This document shows positions 37,167-47,600 of a DNA stretch of 64,000 nucleotides, piece by piece; position 1 is the first letter of the stretch, and each line of letters begins with the position of its first letter. The stretch lies in the IMG/VR virus record IMGVR_UViG_3300025671_008697; one strand, given 5' to 3'. Position numbers and translations under genes: made by a program. This DNA is from a virus. Its lineage: Duplodnaviria; Caudoviricetes. Under the pieces are notes generated by a model that searched no databases, had not been told where the DNA came from, and saw nothing but the letters and a program-made list of their open reading frames with translations.

Positions 37167-38320
37167 CATATTCAGTTTACCAACATTGGGACCCACTTAA
37201 AGTCTGCATAGTGGGAAGGAGTTATGGTCCGGAATTTTATAGTTTTATTAAAAACAAAAAAGTAAGGAATATTTTAGAACGCATTGCCTACGAAACCGAA
37301 GAAGACTTTCTAAAACTAGTTTCTCTCTTGGAATCGTTCGGCGTAGAAGTTTTACGTCCAACAGTTTCAAATAACTATAAAAACTATCTTTCTGCAAACG
37401 GTCAAATCTATCCTCCTCCAATGGTACCTCGAGACCATAGTATAATGATAGGAGATACTTTCTATCATAATTGGGTTTCTGAACTCCAAGTTTATCAAGA
37501 TATAAAAGCAGATCATTGGCCGGAAATTAAATGTATAGAAGACTTTAAAAAAATCGATCAATATATGAAGGACGAAGTATATGCAGCAGTTAATTCTACC
37601 GGATACCTGAGTGTATTAGATCATAGACATTTGCTCGATAAAATTAGAAAAAATTGCAATATTATTGAACGACCTTTAAAATCCGCGGCTAATATACTTA
37701 ACGGTGCTCTTATAAGTAGAGTAGGTAAAGATTTATATATTGGCACATGGAACAAGGATGAAACTCAATCAAAAAAAGTAGCTGGCTTGTTCCCGCAATA
37801 CAGAACAACTATAGTTAATACTGAAGGTCATTCGGATTCTACATTTTGTCCGATTGTTCCAGGTTTGCTTGTTTCAATTGGAACGGATGAGTTTGGAGTG
37901 CCAGAAATGGTGTCCCATCACGAAACTTTCCCGGGTTGGGAAGTAATATATCCAGGAGATAACAATTTTTCTAAGGTAAAGTCATTTTTAGAATTAAAAC
38001 AAAGAAACAAAGGAAAATGGTGGGTACCTGGAGAAGAACTAAACAATGAATTTATTGACTTTGTTGAATCCTGGATAAGTCACTGGTTAGGGTATGTCGA
38101 AGAAACTATTTTTGATGTAAACATTCTGAACATAGATGAAAAAAATGTAATTGTTAATTCTTATAACGAAAAAGTATTTCGTGCATTTGAACGCTACGGT
38201 ATAACACCACATGTAGTGAATTTCAGACATAGATATTTTTGGGATGGTGGAATTCATTGTATTACCAGTGACATACACAGAGAAGGTACTATGAAAGATT
38301 ATTTCCCTGAGCGAGGATAA
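37163..38320 (+). CDS. Glycine/inosamine-phosphate amidinotransferase family protein
   Basis: WDPLKVCIVG, PRD, GHSDSTF, FDVN, DGGIHCITSD. Confidence 0.85.
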   Translation: MTYSVYQHWDPLKVCIVGRSYGPEFYSFIKNKKVRNILERIAYETEEDFLKLVSLLESFGVEVLRPTVSNNYKNYLSANGQIYPPPMVPRDHSIMIGDTFYHNWVSELQVYQDIKADHWPEIKCIEDFKKIDQYMKDEVYAAVNSTGYLSVLDHRHLLDKIRKNCNIIERPLKSAANILNGALISRVGKDLYIGTWNKDETQSKKVAGLFPQYRTTIVNTEGHSDSTFCPIVPGLLVSIGTDEFGVPEMVSHHETFPGWEVIYPGDNNFSKVKSFLELKQRNKGKWWVPGEELNNEFIDFVESWISHWLGYVEETIFDVNILNIDEKNVIVNSYNEKVFRAFERYGITPHVVNFRHRYFWDGGIHCITSDIHREGTMKDYFPERG

Positions 38321-38321
38321 C

Positions 38322-38651
38322 ATGGACATTTATCACATTTGGGCAGACAAAGAAGGCGATATATCAGACACTGAGTTTGTCAACAATATGAAATCCTTCT
38401 TGGAGCATTTAAAGTTGGAAGGTAAGATGGAAACTTATCGAATTACCAGATGTAAAATGGGATTCCGTAGCATGGACATTCCAGAATGGCACATAATGAT
38501 GGAATTCCGGAACATGGCACAAATGGACTCAGCATTTGAACGTGTGGCACCACTGGAAGGTGAACTTGAAGGCAAGCATCGTAGTTTTAACCAATTTGTT
38601 GCTGATAATATACAACACGCTCTATACCGGGATTGGCCCGACAATTTGTAG
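38322..38651 (+). CDS. DUF6614-like protein
   Basis: YHIW...YRITRCKMGF...EWHIMMEF...LYRDWPD. Confidence 0.65.
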   Translation: MDIYHIWADKEGDISDTEFVNNMKSFLEHLKLEGKMETYRITRCKMGFRSMDIPEWHIMMEFRNMAQMDSAFERVAPLEGELEGKHRSFNQFVADNIQHALYRDWPDNL

Positions 38652-38694
38652 TACTAAAGTACTACTTGACAGAATTACCAAAATCCCTTATAAT
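38649..38694 (+). promoter_or_regulatory. Box-containing sigma70 promoter
   Basis: TAGTACTAAAGTACTA-C-TTGACA-17-TATAAT. Confidence 0.85.
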
Positions 38695-38723
38695 AAACTA
38701 TATTTGACACACTAGGAGTCGCT

Positions 38724-39113
38724 ATGACCATGCATCTTGAAGGACCTTGGCTCAGTCTATCTGGCAAACGAAAAGGCAAAATAAAGTTTCGTACCGCCGA
38801 ACAGGCTCGCCGGCATCGCGAGTTAGAAGACAGTTGGGCAAAACTTATGAACAAGCATGGTGTAGAGCAAGAACAACGACGTCAGCGCAAAGGTCTTGAC
38901 GCCGAACCCTTACAGTATAACCTCAGTGCGCCGCCTGGACGTGAAACTAAGTATATCCCTAGTTTGGGCAACGGCATGGGCAATGCCGCAAAACGTGAGG
39001 CTCCGCAGTATACTGGTAACAAGATTAAAGGTATTGGCACCATGCACAAAAGCAACGCGGTTCCTATCTTTAGTGATGACGAAGCCGAGGCAATTGCTCA
39101 CATGCGACGATAA
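38724..39113 (+). CDS. Hypothetical phage protein
   Basis: YTGNKIKGIGTMHKSNAVPIF; AGGAG SD. Confidence 0.75.
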   Translation: MTMHLEGPWLSLSGKRKGKIKFRTAEQARRHRELEDSWAKLMNKHGVEQEQRRQRKGLDAEPLQYNLSAPPGRETKYIPSLGNGMGNAAKREAPQYTGNKIKGIGTMHKSNAVPIFSDDEAEAIAHMRR

Positions 39114-39120
39114 GTATGTG

Positions 39121-39309
39121 ATGCTATATTGGATTTTGGTGTTCAGTTTCTTTGACAGTAGGCCCGAAGGATTTGTCAGTTACCAAGTATTAGGTAGTGC
39201 AAAAACTCAGCAAGAGTGTAATAAAGAACTGATGAGGTTAAATACAATTCACAGGCACGGGACTGGGTATTGTTTTAGGGAATCAATTAAAGATGGCAAT
39301 AGCAAATGA
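39121..39309 (+). CDS. Small exported protein
   Basis: Hydrophobic N-terminus, ECxxEL...YC. Confidence 0.45.
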   Translation: MLYWILVFSFFDSRPEGFVSYQVLGSAKTQQECNKELMRLNTIHRHGTGYCFRESIKDGNSK

Positions 39310-39472
39310 CAAAGAATGGTTAGACAAAGTCTACCAAGCATATTTGGTATGGACTGATGTAGAAGATATCACACGAAAACGTGAAGCAGAAAAGTTTGTA
39401 AATTTTTTATATAGAACCTATGGCGTGGTTCTTCCCAGTCAAAGATATAAATCTTCAGTGCTCAGTAATTAA
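39293..39472 (+). CDS. Small hypothetical protein (59 aa)
   Basis: Hand translation MAIANDKEWLDKVYQAY... Confidence 0.5.
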   Translation: MAIANDKEWLDKVYQAYLVWTDVEDITRKREAEKFVNFLYRTYGVVLPSQRYKSSVLSN

Positions 39473-39482
39473 GGATCAGTAA

Positions 39483-39704
39483 TTGCCCAAAGAAGAAATG
39501 ATGCGCTATACAGGGCGTGTACTAGAATGTTTGCCTAATGCAGTTTTTAAAGTAAAATTAGACGAACTTGAACATATAGTAACTGCCTACATCGGCGGCA
39601 AAATGCGGAAAAACGATATTAAAATTATTACAGGAGACTCAGTGGTAATGGAAATGAGTCCCTATGATTTAAATCGTGCTAGAATAGTATATAGGACAAA
39701 ATAA
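39483..39704 (+). CDS. infA: Translation initiation factor IF-1
   Basis: GRVLECLPNAVFKVKL, AYIGGKMRKNDIKIITGDSV, EMSPYDLNRARIVYR; TTG start. Confidence 0.93.
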   Translation: MPKEEMMRYTGRVLECLPNAVFKVKLDELEHIVTAYIGGKMRKNDIKIITGDSVVMEMSPYDLNRARIVYRTK

Positions 39705-39711
39705 ATACATA

Positions 39712-40263
39712 ATGCGTGATTATATAAATTTAGTTGAAGCGAAAAGTGGACAGGAACTGGTATTAGAAAAATTACCATATCGGGAAACTCAACTCAGCCC
39801 TGTTATGAGTAAAGCCACTCTTGAATATCATTATGGCAAACTGGCACGTGGTTACGTTGAACGCTATAACAAAGGCGAAGGCGACAAAACTTTTAACGAG
39901 GCCGGTGCATTTTTACACAACATATTTTTTCCTCAACTTTATCCTCCACGCAACAACAATAAGCCGCGCGGCGCGAGCCTTGAACTAATTAATCGCAAAT
40001 TTGGCAGTTTTGCTGAATTTAAAGAACGTTTCGCCGAAGAAGCAATGAAGATACAGGGCTCGGGTTGGATCTATCTTAGCCGCAGTGGCGAGATTAAACG
40101 TATTCCCAACCACCAGAAACGAGCAGACATTGCACTACTTGTGGATTGGTGGGAACATGCATGGGCCAAAGACTATGGTGCAGACAAAAAACGTTACCTT
40201 GCTAACATATGGCGCATAATCAATTGGGATAGAGTTAACATTAGGATTTATTCTGGCAAATGA
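39712..40263 (+). CDS. Fe/Mn superoxide dismutase
   Basis: [33 protein letters not shown]. Confidence 0.9.
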   Translation: MRDYINLVEAKSGQELVLEKLPYRETQLSPVMSKATLEYHYGKLARGYVERYNKGEGDKTFNEAGAFLHNIFFPQLYPPRNNNKPRGASLELINRKFGSFAEFKERFAEEAMKIQGSGWIYLSRSGEIKRIPNHQKRADIALLVDWWEHAWAKDYGADKKRYLANIWRIINWDRVNIRIYSGK

Positions 40264-40586
40264 TTACAATTACAGAATCAGCAGTTGAAAAATTAAAAGA
40301 CCTGCTGGCAGAAGAAAATAATCCGGACCTTAAACTACGTACTTTTGTACAGGGTGGTGGTTGCTCTGGCATGCAGTATGGTTTTACTTTCGATGAAATT
40401 GCCAACGAAGACGATTGGGAGGAAGATTTTGACGGTGTTAAAATTCTTATAGACTCAATGAGTGCCACATACTTAGATGGTGCTCGAATTGACTATAAAG
40501 AAGATCTAATGGGTGCTAGTTTTAGCATCAACAACCCCAACGCTGAAACAACCTGCGGTTGCGGAAGCAGTTTTAGCCCATATTAA
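40260..40586 (+). CDS. erpA: A-type Fe-S carrier (ErpA/IscA, HesB family)
   Basis: [42 protein letters not shown]. Confidence 0.9.
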   Translation: MITITESAVEKLKDLLAEENNPDLKLRTFVQGGGCSGMQYGFTFDEIANEDDWEEDFDGVKILIDSMSATYLDGARIDYKEDLMGASFSINNPNAETTCGCGSSFSPY

Positions 40587-40640
40587 TCACTGAAGCCTAA
40601 ACTCTAAGTCCGATAAATAACTAAAACGGATTCTAGAACT

Positions 40641-41609
40641 ATGGCTCTTTTACCTAATATTAATGTCGGAACCTCTCCCAACGATGGAACAGGAAGCAGT
40701 CTCCGCGATGCGTTTATTATTGTAAACGAAAATTTTCAACTTATTGAAGCATTTTTCCCCAACTCCAGTGTTGCTAATTTAGCAGCGAACATTGAGAGCA
40801 CCGGAACTAGTGTGTTTAATATTGCTAACGTTGATGTGTTGAATGTTAACACAATATCTAGTTATACTACAACAGATATTACAGCAACAAATATTACTGT
40901 TGACGTTCTTAGTGCAAACACTATTACTGGCTTCACTGTTTCGGGGAACATTACCGCCAACATAGAAAGTACTGGAGAAAGCACATTTAACCTAGCAACT
41001 TTTTCAGGAAACAGTACATTCACCGCCAATCTAATTGCAGATACAACTATTGCAAACATCGCAAATTTAGACATTATTAATGCTACTAATGTGGTTGCAA
41101 GTGCAAACATAACTGCAGGAAATTTAAATATTTTAGAGACGACCAGTGTTACTTCTCTAACAATTAGTCAAGATGCAGTCGTAACTGGTAATGTAAGTTC
41201 TGGTGGAACCTTTAGCACTATAAGCACGCAAAGTGGTCTTCTTGTAGTACCAGGAACTTTTAAAGCCAACGGACGGTTTAGCGCAAACACCCATACTATC
41301 ACATCTGATGCAAATTTAGCGGCCAGTCCTATCTATGCACAAACCATAGTTGCAAATTTAACTGCAGGAAATATTACTATAACTTTGCCAAATGCCAGTG
41401 TGCCGTATTCCAAAGGAATATGGTATACATTTATTTGTTACGATGAAGGCGGTCTAGATAACAGAACACTAACAATAAACGTGCAACCTTCAGCAGGAAA
41501 CATTTGGACTAGTGCAAATACGCAGAATACTTTTGTTAATGTTGGCGCAGAATTAGGTACGAATTCAGTTAATTTAAAAACCAATGAAATATATTGGTTC
41601 ACTAGTTAA
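40641..41609 (+). CDS. Baseplate/tail-fiber structural protein
   Basis: INVGTSPNDGTGSSLRDAF (T4 gp9/gp10-like N-terminus); N/T-rich beta repeats; TAAATA at 40614-40619. Confidence 0.75.
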   Translation: MALLPNINVGTSPNDGTGSSLRDAFIIVNENFQLIEAFFPNSSVANLAANIESTGTSVFNIANVDVLNVNTISSYTTTDITATNITVDVLSANTITGFTVSGNITANIESTGESTFNLATFSGNSTFTANLIADTTIANIANLDIINATNVVASANITAGNLNILETTSVTSLTISQDAVVTGNVSSGGTFSTISTQSGLLVVPGTFKANGRFSANTHTITSDANLAASPIYAQTIVANLTAGNITITLPNASVPYSKGIWYTFICYDEGGLDNRTLTINVQPSAGNIWTSANTQNTFVNVGAELGTNSVNLKTNEIYWFTS

Positions 41610-41617
41610 TACATTAT

Positions 41618-44600
41618 ATGGCAGCGACTTGGATAACCCCCGCAGGTAGTTTAGGCGTAATTCCTGAACTGCAAACTTATACACTAAACCTCGAAACTTA
41701 TAGTCCTGGTTCAAGTGTAACATATACTCTTATATCCGGAGCACTACCTTCAGGTTTATCTTTAGCATCAAATGGAAACATATCGGGAAATACTTTAAAT
41801 GTTACTGGAACTATTACCAGTAACTTTACAGTAAGAGCAACAGATACCATTGGTGCAGTAGCAGATAGAAGTTTTAACTTAACAGTTGCCAGCGTACTTC
41901 AACCTGAGATCACACCCAACACAGGTGCATTAAGTTTTCAAATTGCAGGTAGTTATTTTCAACAAACTTTCACCCTAGTTGATACTTCCAATTTGGCAGA
42001 TACTAGTTTTATTATACTTGCTGGTAATGTCGCTCCTAATCTTACATTGTATGCAAATGGTAATTTGTTTGGCCATATAGAACCGGTAACTGCCAACACA
42101 AACTTTGAATTCGATATTAGAGCAACTGACGGAACAAAATTTGATAATAACTACTTTTCGCAGTGGGTTATAAACAGAAAGAGTCTAACTGCAGACACCA
42201 CTTACTATAATACTGACAACGTTAGTATCATTACCGCAGATACAAGTTCGTTGTATTCTCCATTTTTGGTTACACCTGCTGGCCTATTAGGAAATGTCAG
42301 AGAAGGTAATAACTTTAACGTGCAAGTTCTAGCAACAGATTATGATGAAGATTATCTTACATATGAACTGGTGTCAGGTACACTGCCGACGGGACTTTCC
42401 TTAGTTGCTAATACTGGCTGGATTACAGGTACTATTCCTTTGTCAGGAAATGTAAGAGGAACTCTTAGCACGTTTGAAGTTAGGGCATTTAAGAGGTTTA
42501 ATACCGATTTTGTGTCAGAAACCAGAGAGTATAGTATACAAGTAATAGGTGCGCTCGACGAAGAAGTTATTTGGATTACTAGCAGTAACATTGGATCAAT
42601 TTACAATGGCGAAATCAGTGAACTATATGTAGAAGCAGAACTTAGTTCTGGATCACAACTACAATATAGTTTGGTAGGAAATGGTTTAGGTGGTTTGCCG
42701 GCCGGACTAGAGTTTGTATCAGACGGTACCATAGCAGGCAGAGTAAGTTTCGAAACAAATGCAGCGGTAGACACATATACTTTTACAGTCAGAGCCAGCG
42801 ATGTCAATGGGTTATTTTACAGCGATAAAGAATTTACTTTAAATGTTAATCAACGTAATGCAAGACCTTATGAAAATTTATATGTTCAAGTTTTACCTGA
42901 CAGAGCAGGGCGCCTAATCTATAACGAATTGCTAAACACCACCGACATATTCCCTCCAGATTATATCTACAGATATTGGGATCCTTGGTTTAGCAAAAAT
43001 ACACTGCGTCGAATGTTGTTCTTAACTGGATTAAACCCCGACACAGACAGTCAGTATATCAATGCCATGACCTTAAACCACTATTGGAAAACACTAAGGT
43101 TTGGTGAGGTCAAAACTGCCGTTGCCAAAGATGATAACTTTAATACTGTGTACGAAGTTGTTTATATTGACATTATTGATCAGCAGGTAAACGCCAGTGG
43201 CGTTGGCCCTAACATTGCTGAAACTGTGCCCACAAACAGTCAAAACATCAGCACAGTTTACCCCAACAGTTTCCCCAATATGATTCAAAGGTTGGCAGGT
43301 AATAATACCAGCACAACCACAGAATACACATTCTACACTGACGCAAACCTCACTATCGAAAACCCCAATCCCAATATTACAAGCAATCTTGATTATTTTG
43401 GCTTCAGTACAAGTTTATATGGCGACTATGTAGCAGTAAGTGCTATGCATGAAGATAACGACATTGAAGGAACAAACTCAGGTAATGTCTATATTTTTAA
43501 TGCCACAACCGGCTCATTAATTGCCAACGTTGGAAATAACAATGGCACCGCAGTAGACGGCCGATTTGGTTACTCAGTGAGTATAGATAATCAAGCAGGT
43601 AATGTCATGGCTGTGGGTGCGCCCTATGATGATGTAGGAATATATACTCAAACAGGCACAGTAACAATTTTTAAAACAGACACTGGCGATTGGTCTGATA
43701 TTACCAGAGTTATTAAAATCGATAATCCCATTTCATCTTCCAACGAATATTTTGGTTGGTCTGTAAGCGTAAGCGGAAAATATGTGCTTGTTGGAGCAGT
43801 GCAAAATGATACCGAGGGATCGAACTACGGTCGAGCATATGTTTATGACACAGCAGGCACGTTACTACATATCTTAAAAAATCCATTTACAGATTGGGAT
43901 CCTACAAGCGACCAATTTGGTTATGCGGTTGCTGCTTATGGACAGTATGGCGTTGTCACTTCTTACCTTGCAGATCCTTTGGGATCAAACTATGAAGGAG
44001 CAGTTGCAATCTTCAATCTCAGTACAGGGCAACTAATAAAAATAATAACCAATCCCAATTTCTATGGCGGGTCTGTTGCTGATCAGTTTGGTTACCGAGT
44101 GGCCATGTCTGCAAACTATATGGCAGTAACTGCAAACCTTGCTGATGAGCCTGACCCTTCTATCGTGTCCGATGGACTTGTTTATGTTTATCGTTCAATC
44201 AGCGGCTCTTGGCAAGACTGTGAGTTATTATATACATTGCGTAATCCAAAATATGGCAACGATAATTCTACAAGCCAGAATTTTGGTATTGGCCTGGCCA
44301 TAAACGATAGATACGTTGTTGCTGGTGCTTATGGTGCAAACTACCCTGTATCAAATAGCGGTGTTGGCTATGTGTTTGATTTGCGTAACGGTCAGTTGGT
44401 GCAGACCGTGCCAAATCCTAACCCACAAGTGAATGATTATTTTGCTTGGGCTCCATTTATAGACAAAAACAATAACATAGCATTTACGACTCGTGGTTTA
44501 TCTACAAGCGGAAACGTTTACATATTCAATCCAGATTCCTCAACAACTTCAGTTGACAACAGTGTGGGCTATCAGGACAGGGGTATACTGCCACGCTGGA

Positions 44601-45547
44601 TGACCAGTAGACAACCAGACGGCACTGTACTTGGCTTTACCAGAGCACTTGTGTTGTGTTATACCAATCCAGGTCGCAGTGCAGAAGTTGCTTACAGAGT
44701 GCGCAATGCTTATCAGGACTTTAACTTAATAGATTTTACAATTGATAGGTATGAATGGGACAGCATCCTCAGCAACAACTACATTAAATCCAATGAAGCA
44801 GTTGCAGGTACTGGCTATTTGATTGCAAACACACAAAGCAATATTGTGACAGGTAACAGCACAATATTCAGCGGCGAGTTAGCAGCCAACGCAACACTGT
44901 ATGTAGGTGGTGTTATTATCGGAAATGTTGTAACCATTACAGGCAACACAACACTGGTTATGGATGCAAACAGTTACAGTAACGTTTCCAACCTTTCCTT
45001 TACCTACAGTAACATATTCTTGAATAACAACTATGTGATTGCGACAGGTAACATATCTGCAAATACTACTAGTAATGTAATCACAGGTATTGCAGCCAAC
45101 ATCACAGGTACAGGCACAATTACAGGTAACACAGAAAGTACCACAATTACTGGCACAGGCACTACGTTTACCACAGAAGCAACTGTTGGTAAAAACATTT
45201 ATGTTTCTGGAAATAGTATTGGTACTATTCGCAGCATTATAAGTGCAAACACACTCACGGTGCTCAACCCGCTACCATCTAATGTTTCAAGTGCAAGTTT
45301 TGAAATTGAAGGAGTAAGTACTCTATTCACATCAGAGTTGCATATAGGTGATGCTGTTGTAGTAAATACTAACGTAGTTCTTGGCTATGTAAGCAGCATT
45401 ACAAGCGATACTAGTATGAATTTAAGTGCTAATAGTACTGCAAACGTAAATAATTTGTCATACAGTCACACATTTAGAGATCCTTACACTACCCCAACAA
45501 GTGGTGATAAATATCTTAAGTATCCACAATTTGGAGTTTTAAGTTAA
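41618..45547 (+). CDS. Large baseplate wedge-like protein with Ig/cadherin-like repeats and an FG-GAP beta-propeller
   Basis: WITPAGSLG, LPSGLSL repeats, seven FG-GAP-like blades, LPRWMTSRQ, DKYLKYP C-terminus. Confidence 0.75.
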   Translation: MAATWITPAGSLGVIPELQTYTLNLETYSPGSSVTYTLISGALPSGLSLASNGNISGNTLNVTGTITSNFTVRATDTIGAVADRSFNLTVASVLQPEITPNTGALSFQIAGSYFQQTFTLVDTSNLADTSFIILAGNVAPNLTLYANGNLFGHIEPVTANTNFEFDIRATDGTKFDNNYFSQWVINRKSLTADTTYYNTDNVSIITADTSSLYSPFLVTPAGLLGNVREGNNFNVQVLATDYDEDYLTYELVSGTLPTGLSLVANTGWITGTIPLSGNVRGTLSTFEVRAFKRFNTDFVSETREYSIQVIGALDEEVIWITSSNIGSIYNGEISELYVEAELSSGSQLQYSLVGNGLGGLPAGLEFVSDGTIAGRVSFETNAAVDTYTFTVRASDVNGLFYSDKEFTLNVNQRNARPYENLYVQVLPDRAGRLIYNELLNTTDIFPPDYIYRYWDPWFSKNTLRRMLFLTGLNPDTDSQYINAMTLNHYWKTLRFGEVKTAVAKDDNFNTVYEVVYIDIIDQQVNASGVGPNIAETVPTNSQNISTVYPNSFPNMIQRLAGNNTSTTTEYTFYTDANLTIENPNPNITSNLDYFGFSTSLYGDYVAVSAMHEDNDIEGTNSGNVYIFNATTGSLIANVGNNNGTAVDGRFGYSVSIDNQAGNVMAVGAPYDDVGIYTQTGTVTIFKTDTGDWSDITRVIKIDNPISSSNEYFGWSVSVSGKYVLVGAVQNDTEGSNYGRAYVYDTAGTLLHILKNPFTDWDPTSDQFGYAVAAYGQYGVVTSYLADPLGSNYEGAVAIFNLSTGQLIKIITNPNFYGGSVADQFGYRVAMSANYMAVTANLADEPDPSIVSDGLVYVYRSISGSWQDCELLYTLRNPKYGNDNSTSQNFGIGLAINDRYVVAGAYGANYPVSNSGVGYVFDLRNGQLVQTVPNPNPQVNDYFAWAPFIDKNNNIAFTTRGLSTSGNVYIFNPDSSTTSVDNSVGYQDRGILPRWMTSRQPDGTVLGFTRALVLCYTNPGRSAEVAYRVRNAYQDFNLIDFTIDRYEWDSILSNNYIKSNEAVAGTGYLIANTQSNIVTGNSTIFSGELAANATLYVGGVIIGNVVTITGNTTLVMDANSYSNVSNLSFTYSNIFLNNNYVIATGNISANTTSNVITGIAANITGTGTITGNTESTTITGTGTTFTTEATVGKNIYVSGNSIGTIRSIISANTLTVLNPLPSNVSSASFEIEGVSTLFTSELHIGDAVVVNTNVVLGYVSSITSDTSMNLSANSTANVNNLSYSHTFRDPYTTPTSGDKYLKYPQFGVLS

Positions 45548-46744
45548 ATGGCCAGTCAGATTAATCAAAATACCATTGATGCTACTTATCCTATAGCAGG
45601 ACAGGATAATAGCAGTCAAGGATTTCGCAACAACTTTAGTGCAATTCAAACTAATTTTGGATATGCTTATAACGAAATTAGCAGTTTGCAGTCTAACGCT
45701 ATTATAAGAAATCAAAACAACGATTTGGGTGGAAATACTACAATCACTTCAGGTACATTTAGGACTAGCAGAGAAACTATTTTTGCTATAGGATCCGTAT
45801 CAGGCAATATTCCTTTAGATTACCTAAACGGAAGTTATCAAACTATTACACTAACTGGTAGTACAGTTTTAACTTTCAATAGTTTTAGTGGTGCTAATGG
45901 ACAGCAAACAAGATTTAGACTAGAAGTTACAATTACAGATACCAGTTTTACACTTACAATACCTGCCTCAGTTAGTATTAACAAAGACACTATCGCTGGA
46001 ATTAGTGGAAATACCATTTATTTTTCAGATCCTGGTACTTACATTTTTGAGTTTGCTACTAATAATGGTGGTACAAGTTTTCATGTTTCTGACCTGAGTA
46101 GGCCACGTAACGAAATGCAAGGTAATGTAAGTGTTGTTACTTCGATCAACAATGCAGCACAAGCCGGCATCACAATGACTGTAACAAATGTCAGCGGGAA
46201 TGCATATGGTACTATTACTTGTGACGAAATAGTAACAGGCAATTTAACGTATGATGCTAACGGTGCAGTATTCAGTGGCAACGTAGAAGCAGATTGGTTT
46301 ATCGCTAATAGTGGATATATCGGAAATATACGAACACCTAGCCAAACTTTTATTACAGATTTAGGCACACTTAATAGTTTGAGTGTTAGCGGAAACGCTA
46401 ATATTGGTAACCTAACAGTCAATGGCATCACAGACATGTGTGCAGGAACAGTTTACGGGTTACAGTTTGTACCTAATGCTGCGGCAGCATCAAGTACTCA
46501 GATATATAGTAATGTTGGTACTGTAATTATTGCCCCAAATGCAGTAATTGCCAGTTATACATTAACTATGCCATCAACTCCGATGAATGGACAAATTATT
46601 AAAATTGCCTTTGCAAATACAATTACAACATTAACACACACAACTGTTGGAGGCCAAACCTTACTAGGTGCTCTAACAACTGCTGGTGTAACTACTGGCG
46701 GAGAATGGCTATATTACGACAGTGTTTGGTACAAAACTACTTAA
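45548..46744 (+). CDS. Virion structural (tail fiber-like) protein
   Basis: MASQINQNTIDATYPIAGQDNSSQGFRNNF; Asn/Thr-rich; in structural cluster. Confidence 0.7.
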   Translation: MASQINQNTIDATYPIAGQDNSSQGFRNNFSAIQTNFGYAYNEISSLQSNAIIRNQNNDLGGNTTITSGTFRTSRETIFAIGSVSGNIPLDYLNGSYQTITLTGSTVLTFNSFSGANGQQTRFRLEVTITDTSFTLTIPASVSINKDTIAGISGNTIYFSDPGTYIFEFATNNGGTSFHVSDLSRPRNEMQGNVSVVTSINNAAQAGITMTVTNVSGNAYGTITCDEIVTGNLTYDANGAVFSGNVEADWFIANSGYIGNIRTPSQTFITDLGTLNSLSVSGNANIGNLTVNGITDMCAGTVYGLQFVPNAAAASSTQIYSNVGTVIIAPNAVIASYTLTMPSTPMNGQIIKIAFANTITTLTHTTVGGQTLLGALTTAGVTTGGEWLYYDSVWYKTT

Positions 46745-46804
46745 TCGAATTATTTGACAATTTCCTAATTTGGTTGTAAAATTCTATAACAAATAGGAGA
46801 ATGA

Positions 46805-47215
46805 ATGCAAGTAGACCTAAAAAAATACGAAAAGTTTGTAAACGCTGTAACTTCTGCGGAAAGTAACTCCATAAACCATTTCCAAAATCGATTAAGAGAT
46901 CTTGCCTACAATAACGACGGCTACAATTTTTCTTTGCTTTTAACTGCAGGAATTGGATTGGCTAGTGAAGGCGGTGAGTTTAATGAGATCGTTAAAAAAA
47001 TATTTTTTCAAGGAAAAGAGTTCAACCAAGAAAATGTTTTTCACATGAAGCGCGAATTAGGAGATATTATGTGGTACTGGGTTAATGCTTGTAGGGCATT
47101 GAATCTTGATCCGAATGATGTTATTGCTGAAAATGTACGTAAATTGGAATCTAGGTATCCAGATGGTCAATTTGATGTTTATTACAGTGAGAATCGAAAA
47201 GAAGGCGACCTGTGA
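46805..47215 (+). CDS. MazG-like NTP pyrophosphohydrolase
   Basis: GLASEGGEFNEIVKK, RELGDIMWY, NVRKLESRYP. Confidence 0.88.
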   Translation: MQVDLKKYEKFVNAVTSAESNSINHFQNRLRDLAYNNDGYNFSLLLTAGIGLASEGGEFNEIVKKIFFQGKEFNQENVFHMKRELGDIMWYWVNACRALNLDPNDVIAENVRKLESRYPDGQFDVYYSENRKEGDL

Positions 47216-47360
47216 TTAACGATAAAAAGTACATTGAACTACCCGACGAGATAGTTGACAAACTGGAGGAAATTCTACTATACTTAGAAGATGGTAGAGT
47301 ATACCTGGCACGTGAGCAACTAGAGCAGTTGTTGGGCATAGAACACAAGGACCACGCATA

Positions 47361-47600
47361 ATGCATCCACTAACTCCAGATTTAAGCACGTTGAGCGACG
47401 AAGAACTTGCCAAAAAAGTTCAAGACTTAAATAGACGTATGACTCAGGCTTGGAGTTCGGGTAATGGAGAATTACTACAACAAGTTCAAATGATGTTGGA
47501 AGACTATAACGAAGAACTTAATAAACGTCAACGCAAGATGATGGAAGATCTCGCCAAAAAAGCCGGCCGAGACTTTGACGACATTATCGACATCAAATGA
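47361..47600 (+). CDS. Hypothetical helical protein
   Basis: ORF; coupled to the next gene. Confidence 0.7.
   Translation: MHPLTPDLSTLSDEELAKKVQDLNRRMTQAWSSGNGELLQQVQMMLEDYNEELNKRQRKMMEDLAKKAGRDFDDIIDIK

Noticed and set aside
44780-45470. Nucleotide tandem repeat or DGR variable region
   Set aside because: Similarity reflects Thr/Gly/Asn-rich protein repeats; no template/variable repeat pair or reverse transcriptase is visible
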